DNA of 64,000 nucleotides. Origin: Candidatus Latescibacterota bacterium. GTDB taxonomy: Bacteria > Krumholzibacteriota > Krumholzibacteriia > WVZY01. Within the stretch, counting starts at the first letter, position 1. Every line of letters starts with the position of its first letter. Below the pieces are notes generated by a model. It was not told where the DNA came from. It worked only from the letters and a program-made list of their open reading frames with translations, and ran no database searches. Below, one piece after another: positions 29,877 to 39,214 of the stretch. The stretch spans positions 128,001-192,000 of the forward strand of contig CAWBQK010000006.1 in assembly GCA_963791045.1 (NCBI GenBank). The letters are read 5' to 3'. A program made the translations under genes and the position numbers.

Positions 29877-30353
29877 TTATATTTTTTTGACGAGGATCAG
29901 GCGGTCGACGCCGTCGTCGTAGTAGTTTTGCTGGATGCCGAGAGATCTGAAACCGCGGTGGTAATAAAAGGCGCGGACCTTCTCGAACGGCTTGTATTTC
30001 ACCGTGTACGCAAGTGTCGATGCGATCAGCTTGTTGATTCCCTTGCGTTCAAGAAGACGTTCCAGTGTTTCGAGCATCATGCTGCCCAGGCCCAGGCCGT
30101 GGAAATCTTCCTTGATTCCCATCCACATGATTTCGGATGTCTGTGATTCCCGGCTTGCGTAGATGAGAAACCCGACGATTTCGTCTCCGAGCAGCCCGAC
30201 AAGCGCCGGGTGTTTGCTCATGCTCGACTCTATCATCGGAATCACATCTTCCGGAAAGAACTCGGCGAGAGAACGCGCGAGCGCGACTACGGAATCCTGG
30301 TCATTCGGAGTCATCGAACGGATGTGGAAAGGTTGTGTTGGTGTCGACTCCAT
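29877..30353 (-). CDS. GNAT N-acetyltransferase
   Basis: HGLGLGS motif A; FY...GF; YY.DG.D. Confidence 0.85.
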   Translation of the reverse strand: MESTPTQPFHIRSMTPNDQDSVVALARSLAEFFPEDVIPMIESSMSKHPALVGLLGDEIVGFLIYASRESQTSEIMWMGIKEDFHGLGLGSMMLETLERLLERKGINKLIASTLAYTVKYKPFEKVRAFYYHRGFRSLGIQQNYYDDGVDRLILVKKI

Positions 30354-30535
30354 TTGCTGTTCCTCAAAGTTTGACGTGTTTGGTCGTCGCGTATATGGCC
30401 AGGGGGGGCACTGTCCGTAGGTATTGTAAGTATCGACAGGGGTATTCGCAAACGGAAAACGCACGTTGATCCACAAAACACTTGCGTACAACGTGTTCCA
30501 GGTGTTAGAAATAGACGGTACACCCACGTCGGGTT

Positions 30536-30610
30536 GGGGGCTTAACTCAGCGGGAGAGTGCTACCTTCACACGGTAGAAGTCACTGGTTCAATCCCAGTA
30601 GCCCCCACCA
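30536..30610 (+). tRNA. tRNA-Val(CAC)
   Basis: GGGGGCT/AGCCCCC acceptor stem; CTACC-TTCACAC-GGTAG anticodon arm; GGTTCAATCC; ends ACCA. Confidence 0.96.
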
Positions 30611-30669
30611 TTTTTCCCATCAAAATTCTGAAACGTTACCCCCGTTCGGTCGCCTTTGGTCGTCGATTT

Positions 30670-32964
30670 TCACCGCGGAATCACGATAGGTTGGCCGCTC
30701 TCGAGAACCTGCTTGAGATCTTGCGCCTTGCGCCGGAGTTCTCGGTCCGCCGTCGAGGTGAGAAGGAGATCGAGCAGCTGGACCGCTTCATCCCTTCGGT
30801 CTCCGTAACCCAGCGATAGTGCGCCGTAGAAAAGTGCGTCTTTGTTGTCCGGGGCGTACTGGAGAACCCGGTTGTACGCATTGAAAGCGTCATTGGGCCG
30901 CTCGAGCCGAAGAAGAGAATCACCGACACGAAGCCACGCATCTGTATACGCCGGTGCCTGGTCGAGGCAGTAACGCAGACGCCCGAGTGCGGCCTCTTCG
31001 TTTCCATTGTTTTGCGCGATGATGGCGGTTTGATAGGTCAGGAGAATGTCGACGACCCGGTTGTAGAACGAGTCGATTGTGTCTCCATGCGCGCCAAGGA
31101 TGCTTTTTTGATATATGGGCGGATGATCGGTGATAAATGCGGGCTGTGTCTCCGCGGTCACACGGAATAGTCGGTAATTGTTGTTTTGATAAACAAGTTG
31201 AAAGTGGCGGAGTGTCTCGGGCGCAAAGTGCATCCGGACCGCTGCCGTCGTCTCGGATACTTCGTTGGCCCCCGCCGCAAAACGCGGGGAATTCTTCGAT
31301 GAATCGAGAAGCATGTCGATTGAGTACAGCACATGGGTCGCACCCAGCGCTTCGCACATGGCGTACAGTCCGTCCTCGTCCCCGTAAAACGCGGCGAGGG
31401 CGCTGACAGTTTTTTGTGACATCGCGGCGGTGTGTATCCCCGGCGCGATGTTTGTTGCGCGGCCGCCAAATGTTGGAATGAGCGACGAGGCTTCGGGTGC
31501 GGCAAGAATGACATCACGCCGTGTGGAGGTTCGTGCCACAAGAAACCGTATCACGTCGCGGTCAGCGTTTCCCACGCCAATCCACACGAAGTCGCCGCTT
31601 CCCGAAGGCGGTATCCCGAGCATTCTTCCCGTCCACCCCGTTGTGTCCACAGTGCCTGCGGTGAACGGCAGGCTCGTTATCAGAATTGCCGCGGCGATGG
31701 CGGCGGGAAGCAACCTGGTTTTGATACGACTGCTGAATCCGCGAAACGCAACGGCTACAAACGGAAAGACGATCAGTGCTATGGCAAGTATCGCCCGCCG
31801 GTCGATCAAGAACAGCACGATGGCTCCGGCGACCGCCGCCAGCGCGGCCCAGAAGGGAAGCTTGTCCTCGTTCCGTATCGAACGCAGAGACACGACCGCC
31901 GGGACGGCGAGAAAAACCAACGGAAAGAAAATGGCGAATACGGTCAATATCGATGGAGAGGCATGGCTGTGTGTCCAGAGCGCACGAATTGACTCGGGAA
32001 GGAGCGACGGGTCGTCGGGTTTGCCGGCTATGAACCGAAGACGATAGAACCAATACGACAGGGATGGACCAAGATTGGCTCCGCCGGCCGCGATGGGTCG
32101 GAAGATCAATGTGAGTACGGCGAATGCGCCGGCCGCCGCCCAAACGGGTATCTTGACGGGCAATTTGTTGCGTAAAATCATCCACGCGGCGGCGACGAAC
32201 ACGAGCACCGCCGGCCATGAAAAAAGAAATCGTTGCGCGCGAAGATGGGGAAGGGTAAGTCCGGCAAGAACGGCCGCCGTGAGGAGGGCGATGAGAATGC
32301 GGCTCCGCGCCGAGATTCCGATTCCCGGGAATAGAGTCCACACCAGGCAAAAAACCGCCACATACAACCCCGCCTGTTCCCATACGGCGAAGAGCAGGAA
32401 TGCCGAGAACCCCGACAGGAGCGTGCGAACGAGCGTGGGCCGGTCTACGGCGCCGAGTGTCATGAGCAGGTGAAACGAAATGATTACAAAAGCGAATGTG
32501 TCGTGAAAATACTCGCTGCCATTCGTCGCGCCGATCAAAGGCGCTGAAAACGCGACCATAGACGCCGCCCATAGTCCCGCGGCCTGGCACGACCATAGTT
32601 TTTTCGTCAGGGCGAAAAGAATAAAAACGGATAACGAGAAGATCAGGATGGTGAGAATATTTGCAAATCGTTTCTGGGATACGTCGGTAAAGGGCTTGAC
32701 GAGGCGATAGGTGAAACCGGCGAAATACTCTATGCCGTTGGCCTTGTCCCGAAGAGGGGAGATTCCTTCAGGCCACGCGGCTCTCTTGTCGATCTCGGGA
32801 AGGCTTCCACGTCCCGCAATGTGGACGGTCTGACGGAAGTTGGTCCCCGACTCTCCCTTGTAATACGGGTAAACGAAGTCCCCCATGCTTTCCATGCGAA
32901 CCCACACCGCACCCACAAAAAGCACGATAAGAAGCAAATTTATTCCGCCACGTGACAGTGTCAT
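30670..32964 (-). CDS. Polytopic GT-C-fold-like membrane protein (STT3/DPY19-like) with C-terminal TPRs
   Basis: N-terminal TM then D...WP.G loop; about 12 TM helices; soluble alpha/beta domain; about 3 TPRs. Confidence 0.6.
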   Translation of the reverse strand: MTLSRGGINLLLIVLFVGAVWVRMESMGDFVYPYYKGESGTNFRQTVHIAGRGSLPEIDKRAAWPEGISPLRDKANGIEYFAGFTYRLVKPFTDVSQKRFANILTILIFSLSVFILFALTKKLWSCQAAGLWAASMVAFSAPLIGATNGSEYFHDTFAFVIISFHLLMTLGAVDRPTLVRTLLSGFSAFLLFAVWEQAGLYVAVFCLVWTLFPGIGISARSRILIALLTAAVLAGLTLPHLRAQRFLFSWPAVLVFVAAAWMILRNKLPVKIPVWAAAGAFAVLTLIFRPIAAGGANLGPSLSYWFYRLRFIAGKPDDPSLLPESIRALWTHSHASPSILTVFAIFFPLVFLAVPAVVSLRSIRNEDKLPFWAALAAVAGAIVLFLIDRRAILAIALIVFPFVAVAFRGFSSRIKTRLLPAAIAAAILITSLPFTAGTVDTTGWTGRMLGIPPSGSGDFVWIGVGNADRDVIRFLVARTSTRRDVILAAPEASSLIPTFGGRATNIAPGIHTAAMSQKTVSALAAFYGDEDGLYAMCEALGATHVLYSIDMLLDSSKNSPRFAAGANEVSETTAAVRMHFAPETLRHFQLVYQNNNYRLFRVTAETQPAFITDHPPIYQKSILGAHGDTIDSFYNRVVDILLTYQTAIIAQNNGNEEAALGRLRYCLDQAPAYTDAWLRVGDSLLRLERPNDAFNAYNRVLQYAPDNKDALFYGALSLGYGDRRDEAVQLLDLLLTSTADRELRRKAQDLKQVLESGQPIVIPR

Positions 32965-32996
32965 TAATCGGTTCTCATTCCGAAAAAGTCATAATT

Positions 32997-33767
32997 TCAA
33001 TAACCCGTGGGGGCGGAGATAAACTTGCACTCGAGCGACATCTTTGCCCGCAGATGCCTCGCAAGGGCTTTTACGCCAACCGTCTCGCTGGCATAATGCC
33101 CCGCGTACATCACGTTGATCCCTGCCTCGCGCGCCAGGTGATAGGCCGTGTGCGAGGTTTCTCCGGTAACGAACGCCTCGCAACCGAGTTCTTTTGCCTC
33201 CGCCGCGAAGTCCGCCGCTCCCCCGGAAACGATCCCGATCCGTTTGATTTTCGCCGGGCCAAAATCGAGACGTTGAACACGGCAGTTGAGTTGTTTCGCG
33301 ATCCGGCCGGCGAGCGCCGCGCGGGTCAACGCTCTGTCGGCCTCGGCGATAAAACCGATTTCAACCCCATGATAATCGGCGAACTTCCGCCCCAGTTCCA
33401 GCCCGAGTATCCGCGCGAGTTCGACGTTGTTTCCTACCTCGTCGTGGCAGTCGAGTGGCAGATGCGCGGCATAGAGCGAAATGTTGTTTTTCACCAGCAA
33501 GCCGATTCTCTCTCTCATCACACCGGTGATCCGCTCGTTGTTGCTCCAGAAAAGGCCGTGATGGACGATGAGCATGCCCGCCTCAATCCTTGCCGCGGCG
33601 CGGATCGTTTTCGAGCACGCGTCGACGGCGAACGCCACACGGGTCACGCGCGGCGCACCCTCGACCTGAAGCCCGTTGAGCGACTTGTCGGGGATCGCGG
33701 TCACCCGCAGATACTCGTTCAGGTATCCGACGAGATGTTTTAAAGAGACGGTCTTCATTTTCTTCAT
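32997..33767 (-). CDS. Nif3-like dinuclear metal-centre protein (YbgI family)
   Basis: NGLQVEG, HHG, HLPLD.H...GNN, SGG, TGE, GHYASE. Confidence 0.93.
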   Translation of the reverse strand: MKKMKTVSLKHLVGYLNEYLRVTAIPDKSLNGLQVEGAPRVTRVAFAVDACSKTIRAAARIEAGMLIVHHGLFWSNNERITGVMRERIGLLVKNNISLYAAHLPLDCHDEVGNNVELARILGLELGRKFADYHGVEIGFIAEADRALTRAALAGRIAKQLNCRVQRLDFGPAKIKRIGIVSGGAADFAAEAKELGCEAFVTGETSHTAYHLAREAGINVMYAGHYASETVGVKALARHLRAKMSLECKFISAPTGY

Positions 33768-33849
33768 GTTGAATCGTCCTCGATGGTCTTTTTTGTTTGG
33801 GGTAACGACCGAACCAGAATACAGTATCGCCCCGCCCGTATTCAAGAAG

Positions 33850-34089
33850 CACCCGCGCCTTCTCTCGAACAGGACGGTGCGATCTTTCTCCGGCCCTCGC
33901 TCCGCTTCGCTCGACTAACCGTCGGCTGCGCCGACGGTGGATTCTCGCTCGCTCCCGCGAAAGGGCCTCTCGAAAGACCGCACCGTTTCGACGAGAAACC
34001 TGACGGCGACAGGACCTTGGCGAAGCAAAGTGCGGGTTGCTATGCTCAGAGGCTTCAACAACCCAGAACGCGAGCTGCCACCCGCGCCT
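33850..34089 (-). repeat. Structured REP/MITE-like intergenic element flanked by 11-bp direct repeats
   Basis: cacccgcgcct at 33850-33860 and 34079-34089; nested inverted repeats 33874-33888/33972-33986, 33892-33897/33962-33967, 33918-33926/33930-33938. Confidence 0.5.
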
Positions 34090-34097
34090 CGTTACTC

Positions 34098-37000
34098 TCA
34101 CGAGAGCTTATCGTAATCCCGAAGCCGGGCGTACAGGGTGGGCTTCGAGATTCCCAGCAAATTGGCCGCCTTGCTCTTGCCGTTCACGTGCATCACCATT
34201 CTTTTCGCCAGCAGGGCTTCCAAGAATGGAAGCAGCGGGTTGGCCTCCGAGTAACCGCCCAGCTTAATTATGTCGTCGACAAGCTCGTCCAGGCGCCGCT
34301 GGGACTGCTTGCTCTTTCCCATCACCTCGCGCAGAAAATCCTCGGGCAGCGACTCGGGCGTAATGATATTGCTGTCGGTAAGGACGATGACCCGCTCGAG
34401 AACATTCTGGAGCTCGCGGACGTTGCCCCGCCATGGGGCGTTCTGGAACATCTGGATCGTTTCGGGAGAAAGGGTTTTGAGTGCGAATCCTTTTTCCGCG
34501 CAGCTGCGCTTGAGGTAGTCGAGCGCGATCGCGAGCATGTCCTCCTGCCGTTCGCGCAGTGGCGGGAGATCGATGAGGATCACTTTTAACCTGTAGTACA
34601 AGTCTTCGCGGAAACGGCCCTCGTGGCTCAGCGCTTCCAGGTTTTCGTTGCTCGCGGCAACGATCCGCACATCGGCGTTGAGATCCTGTGTGCCGCCAAG
34701 GCGGTTGAACGATTTGTTCTCGATAAACCGGAGAAGCTTGGCCTGGATTTCAGCGGGAATCACATTGATGTCATCGAGAAAAAGAGTGCCGCCCTGAGCG
34801 AGTTCGCACAGCCCCAGCTTGCGCTGTGTCGCCCCCGTGAACGCACCCCGCTCGTGGCCAAAGAGCTCGCTCTCGAGTAGGTTGTAGGGGATCTGCGCAC
34901 AGTGGATCTCCCGAAACGGCCGAGTGCCACGCGGACTGCGGTAGTGGATCGCGCGGGCGAGGGCCGACTTGCCGGTGCCGCTCTCTCCAAGGATCAAAAT
35001 TCCCGAGTCGGCATTTTTTATCCTGTCAAGCGTCCGGAATATTTTTTTCATCGACTCGCTCTTGCCAATCAAAGTCTCAAAACGGTGTTTTGAGTCGATG
35101 TCGCTTGGCAGCTTGTCGCCTTCCGTCATCACGAGTTCCTGTTTTAGAAATTCCTCGTTGAGGTGGAGCATCAACATCAAGCTTCCCGCGATTTGCCTCC
35201 CCAGCCACGTAAAGAAGTTTACGTCCTCTTTGGAGAGAGGGAGCCTGTCGTCGTCGAAACGAAGAAGCAGGCACCCGACGTCCTCGCCCATCGCCTTGAG
35301 CGGAATGCTGACAAGTGTATTCCCCGTGGTTGCCGCGAGGGAGGGAAGAAGTTCCTTCACATCGGGCGAAGTCGAGTCCAGGAGCGCGCCGAGCAGCATC
35401 GTTTTCTTGAAAAGGGACGCCAGGCCCTGGTCATTCAGGGGGCGGCGTATTCCCGTGCTGTCGAGCATGAGGAATCGATTGCCCTCGGCTTTCAGCGCAA
35501 GCGAGCACTCGTCGGGATTGGCGATCTCGCGGATCACATCCATTATCCTCCCAAAAAACTCGTGACTGTCCGCCGCGTAGTCGGTAAGCGCGCTCAGATC
35601 GTAGAACGCCATGAGGAGTTTTTGCGTGTCGGGGCCGTCGAGATGGGCGCGCGCCGGCTGCGCCCGCAGCTGCCGTTGCAGGTCGTTGTATTCCTCGGGG
35701 AGCTCGCGGCCGATATCGGCCCGCACAAAGTCCTGCGCCCTATCCAGAAAGTGTCTCGCTTCAAACGTATTCCCCGAGTCGAAGTGGATCAGCCCTATTT
35801 TTGAAAGCAGTTTCACGGCCGGGCGGTATTTCGAGAGCGACGTAAATTGGCCCGCCGCCTTTTCGTAGTGTGACAGTGCTTCGGTATTGCGGCCCTGTTC
35901 GTGTTCGAGGTCACCGATGATTTCTTCGATTTGCGCGTTCTCGAATTTCGAACCGATGCGCTCGACGAGATCGGACGCATTGTCGACATATTTTCGCGCG
36001 TCCGCAAACCGTTTTCTCTTGAGGGCGATCGAAGACAGACGACGGTACGCCCCCATCTCTTCGTTTATCGCTTCCATCTTGCGCGCGATTTCGAGCGATT
36101 CCTGATAATGTTTTTCGGCGGTGTCGAGGTCGCCTTCCTCCACGGCGATATCGCCGAGGGTGATGTAGTTGTCCGGGATGAGCTGCGCGTGGGCGGCATC
36201 GAGGGTTTCGCACACGGCGAGGCTTTCACGGCACTTGGCGGTCGCCTCTTTGAAATTCCTCATGTCGACGTAGAGAGAGGCGAGGTTGAGGTACCCGGCG
36301 GCAATTCCGGCCTGGTTTTTCTGGCGCCCCTTCAGCTTCAGGCTCCTGTTGTAATAATCGAGTGCCTTCTCATATTCGGCCTTTGCCTGGTACGCCAATG
36401 CGAGGTTGTTCAAACTGGCCGCGGTGGCGTTTTCGTCTCCAGCCCGCTCTCGAAGCTGTGCCCCCTGCTCGTAGTACGATATCGCCTCGTCATAACGGCT
36501 GCTATTGTAGTGGACGACTCCCATCAGGTTGAGCGCCTGCGCGACGATGAGCGGGTGCTGGTTGGGGTTGAGAGTATTGAGGCTCAAGCGGCACGATTCC
36601 ATTGATCCGTCGTATTCTCCCAGCCGGTACTGGAGCCAGCCGATGTCGTTCAGAAGCCGCGCCTGATCGGGAATCGACAGCGCCGACTGGAGTTCGAATT
36701 TCACGGTGTCGAGGAGATCGAGCGCTCGTTTGTATTCCCCCCGTGTCTCCCACCAGTCCGCAAGCAGTCGAAGGCTCGAGCTGAGAAGCGGCGCGCTCTT
36801 GAGTTTCAGGTCGCTTTCAGCATCGTCCATCAACGTTTCACATTCGATGAGAAGCGCCTCGGCTTCCGGCGATTTCCCGTTCGCCAGAAGATCCTGGCTC
36901 AGCTCAAAACACGCCAGAATCCGATCGGAGAACGGAAGCGTTTCGAGAATGTTTTCCCCCATGATGTCGGGGTAGAGCGACATAACGAACGGATCCCTCT

Positions 37001-38732
37001 TTTCGCTCTTTGTCTCTTTCAGATAACGGACGAGGTGCTTGCCCGCGAGGCCTTTTTCGCCCGCATTGAGACAGTGGAAAAGGAGAAAGAACGCTGGAAA
37101 GTCGCCGGAGCCGCCGGCTTCGTCCGCCACGAGAGCTACCGTCCTGTGGAGCTTTTTTTGACGGGTGGGTGGGATCGTGCCGTAAATGAGCCGTCTCAGC
37201 CCCGAGCTTTGTATTTGGAAGAAAAGCGTGTAGCTGCCGCGCGGAGACGTTTTGCGGTAGGTTTGCTCGAGCAATCCGAATGATGCGAGACGATGAACGG
37301 CCAGTGCGATCCCCTGATCGGTTTCGGGAAAGACGGAGAGAATTACGTCGAGCGGCAGAGCAAAACGCGCCACCGATACGAACTCGAGAAGCTGACGTTC
37401 GGCGGCGCCCAAAGATTCCAGGAAGGCGGCGAGTGGGGGCGCACTCCTTACTTTTTCAGGCCTGGATCCAAGGGGAGCAAGCTCGGCCGCGAGTCCGCCA
37501 ATCAAGTGATTGAGTTTTAAGTCTTCCGCCGGGTCGAGCCTGATTTGACGAAAATGTTTTCCCCGCGTGTTTTTGATTTTTGAGATGAGTTCGATGGTCT
37601 CTTTTGCCGCTTCCTGCATGCGTATCCCCATGACCACGGTTCCGCTGGGAAACGATTCGGTCTCGGTCATGAGCCTGGCGAACTCTGCCCTGGCGAACAT
37701 TTTCTCTTCTATATCGTCGATGAGCCAAAGGGGCGGGTTTGCCTGTTTTCCCCTCGAACCGGACCGGGCCAGCTGAATAATTTTGGAGCGGTGCTTCGAG
37801 AACAAATCCCATTCGTCGAGAACGTGAACGTCGTACCTGCCTTCCTCGGAGAGCCGCCTGGCGATCCGCGGTAGAATCCGAGTCTTGAACGAATGGGGGT
37901 CGCCTTCGAGCAGTAACGCGGAAACTCCCTCGATGTTATCCAGAACATTCCGGATTGCCTCATCGATATCGTGATGTTCGGCGCCGGTCGAAGGGGCCTG
38001 TTGTACGGCGAGTTTTGTTTTGAACAGCCGTTGGTATAGATCTCCCGTCGTTCCGATCTCCCCACGCAGGACGGCCTCGGCTGAATGAATCAGACTTTCG
38101 ATAAACGTCGTCCCGGTTCCGCGTTTCGTTGTCGAGGGTGGCGACGGCCAGGTGTCGACGACAAATTCAGCGATCACTCTCGCGTGGTAACCGTCGCGGA
38201 GGGCCTCCGGCGGGTGAACGAAACGCCACGCGCTATGGGTTGCGCCATGAGCTGTTGGATCTCGTGGATCCTCGTTGAGCGGAAGCGCGTATCCGGGGGG
38301 GAGGAGCATCCACTCTCCCTCTTCGTTCTTGCCGAGAGCTGCGGTCGACAGCCCTTCGACGAAAAATTGATGCGACTCGAATTCGGCTATCGAATTCAAA
38401 AGATGGTCGAAGAGCCCCCGGATGTCATTGTCGGCGAGTGCCCTGGGTTCGAGCAGTTCGAACCACTCCGTTAAGAGTTCGACGCGATCGGTATCGATGG
38501 TTGCCGCGACGACCGTCGCGCATCGGGAAGGTGCGATCCGTGCCGCCGCATCGCACCGAAAGGGCGCCACAGTTGGGGCGAATGGAGCCAACGAGCGTGC
38601 TTTCAGCGCGAACAGAAGAAATTTCTTCTCGCGAATTGGGTCAAAAAGAGTTGATATTCGCCACTGCCCGGCCTGGGAGTCCCGGCCGATCTTCTCAAGG
38701 TTTTTCTTCCTATTTGCGGGATAGAGTGTCAT
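34098..38732 (-). CDS. Giant sigma-54-dependent enhancer-binding protein (degenerate N-terminal domains, TPR array, GAF, AAA+, Fis HTH)
   Basis: GESGTGKS, ESELFGHERGAFTGA, FREDLYYRL, WRGNVREL, KAANLLGISKPTLY; many TPRs upstream. Confidence 0.92.
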   Translation of the reverse strand: MTLYPANRKKNLEKIGRDSQAGQWRISTLFDPIREKKFLLFALKARSLAPFAPTVAPFRCDAAARIAPSRCATVVAATIDTDRVELLTEWFELLEPRALADNDIRGLFDHLLNSIAEFESHQFFVEGLSTAALGKNEEGEWMLLPPGYALPLNEDPRDPTAHGATHSAWRFVHPPEALRDGYHARVIAEFVVDTWPSPPSTTKRGTGTTFIESLIHSAEAVLRGEIGTTGDLYQRLFKTKLAVQQAPSTGAEHHDIDEAIRNVLDNIEGVSALLLEGDPHSFKTRILPRIARRLSEEGRYDVHVLDEWDLFSKHRSKIIQLARSGSRGKQANPPLWLIDDIEEKMFARAEFARLMTETESFPSGTVVMGIRMQEAAKETIELISKIKNTRGKHFRQIRLDPAEDLKLNHLIGGLAAELAPLGSRPEKVRSAPPLAAFLESLGAAERQLLEFVSVARFALPLDVILSVFPETDQGIALAVHRLASFGLLEQTYRKTSPRGSYTLFFQIQSSGLRRLIYGTIPPTRQKKLHRTVALVADEAGGSGDFPAFFLLFHCLNAGEKGLAGKHLVRYLKETKSEKRDPFVMSLYPDIMGENILETLPFSDRILACFELSQDLLANGKSPEAEALLIECETLMDDAESDLKLKSAPLLSSSLRLLADWWETRGEYKRALDLLDTVKFELQSALSIPDQARLLNDIGWLQYRLGEYDGSMESCRLSLNTLNPNQHPLIVAQALNLMGVVHYNSSRYDEAISYYEQGAQLRERAGDENATAASLNNLALAYQAKAEYEKALDYYNRSLKLKGRQKNQAGIAAGYLNLASLYVDMRNFKEATAKCRESLAVCETLDAAHAQLIPDNYITLGDIAVEEGDLDTAEKHYQESLEIARKMEAINEEMGAYRRLSSIALKRKRFADARKYVDNASDLVERIGSKFENAQIEEIIGDLEHEQGRNTEALSHYEKAAGQFTSLSKYRPAVKLLSKIGLIHFDSGNTFEARHFLDRAQDFVRADIGRELPEEYNDLQRQLRAQPARAHLDGPDTQKLLMAFYDLSALTDYAADSHEFFGRIMDVIREIANPDECSLALKAEGNRFLMLDSTGIRRPLNDQGLASLFKKTMLLGALLDSTSPDVKELLPSLAATTGNTLVSIPLKAMGEDVGCLLLRFDDDRLPLSKEDVNFFTWLGRQIAGSLMLMLHLNEEFLKQELVMTEGDKLPSDIDSKHRFETLIGKSESMKKIFRTLDRIKNADSGILILGESGTGKSALARAIHYRSPRGTRPFREIHCAQIPYNLLESELFGHERGAFTGATQRKLGLCELAQGGTLFLDDINVIPAEIQAKLLRFIENKSFNRLGGTQDLNADVRIVAASNENLEALSHEGRFREDLYYRLKVILIDLPPLRERQEDMLAIALDYLKRSCAEKGFALKTLSPETIQMFQNAPWRGNVRELQNVLERVIVLTDSNIITPESLPEDFLREVMGKSKQSQRRLDELVDDIIKLGGYSEANPLLPFLEALLAKRMVMHVNGKSKAANLLGISKPTLYARLRDYDKLS

Positions 38733-38858
38733 TTGCCCTCACTCAATTTGGCCGTGTCATAGCGGTGTTAAAAATGTTGACGCGTAAAAATATTTTACGT
38801 CAACCTGGGAGGTTTGACAAGTGCGACCGGTGAGAATATGTGGGGGAAAGCGTCTAAC

Positions 38859-39203
38859 CTATGTAAAATAAAGGATTCTGCCGCAATTCTCACAAGTAAG
38901 GAAAGATTCCTTTGACTTGAGGGATGGGTAAGAAGTCGGCAGTGTGGAGAAACAGCCGAAACAAAGATTCCCGGTGACGGGAACGATGGCGCGTCCATAG
39001 GACTTCGAAAGGCGTTCGTAGCGGTTGAGGAGTTGCGGCCTTATTCGGGCGGCCAGATCGTCGCGAGCTGCCTGAAGTTCGGCCATTCCATCGAGTTTGA
39101 ACCCCATCTGTTTCATCTCGGATGAGGTATCGGTATCCTTCGCTTCCTTCATCATCAGATCGAGATCCTGGAGAGCGACAAGAAGTTTGACCTGTTCTTC
39201 CAT
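38859..39203 (-). CDS. C4 zinc-ribbon domain protein (DUF164/zf-RING_7 family, short form)
   Basis: L..LQ.LD N-terminus; YERL...G.AIV...C.GC...CENCGRILY. Confidence 0.88.
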   Translation of the reverse strand: MEEQVKLLVALQDLDLMMKEAKDTDTSSEMKQMGFKLDGMAELQAARDDLAARIRPQLLNRYERLSKSYGRAIVPVTGNLCFGCFSTLPTSYPSLKSKESFLTCENCGRILYFT

Positions 39204-39214
39204 AATTTGTCTTC

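Noticed and set aside
30536-30670. Integrative element at tRNA-Val (or at tRNA-Pro, 696-769)
   Set aside because: No integrase and no duplicated tRNA 3' end noticed
33583-34101. 172-aa Arg-rich ORF, or rnpB, between the activator and Nif3
   Set aside because: ORF overlaps Nif3 and has non-protein-like composition; the RNase P signature GAGGAAAGTCC is absent
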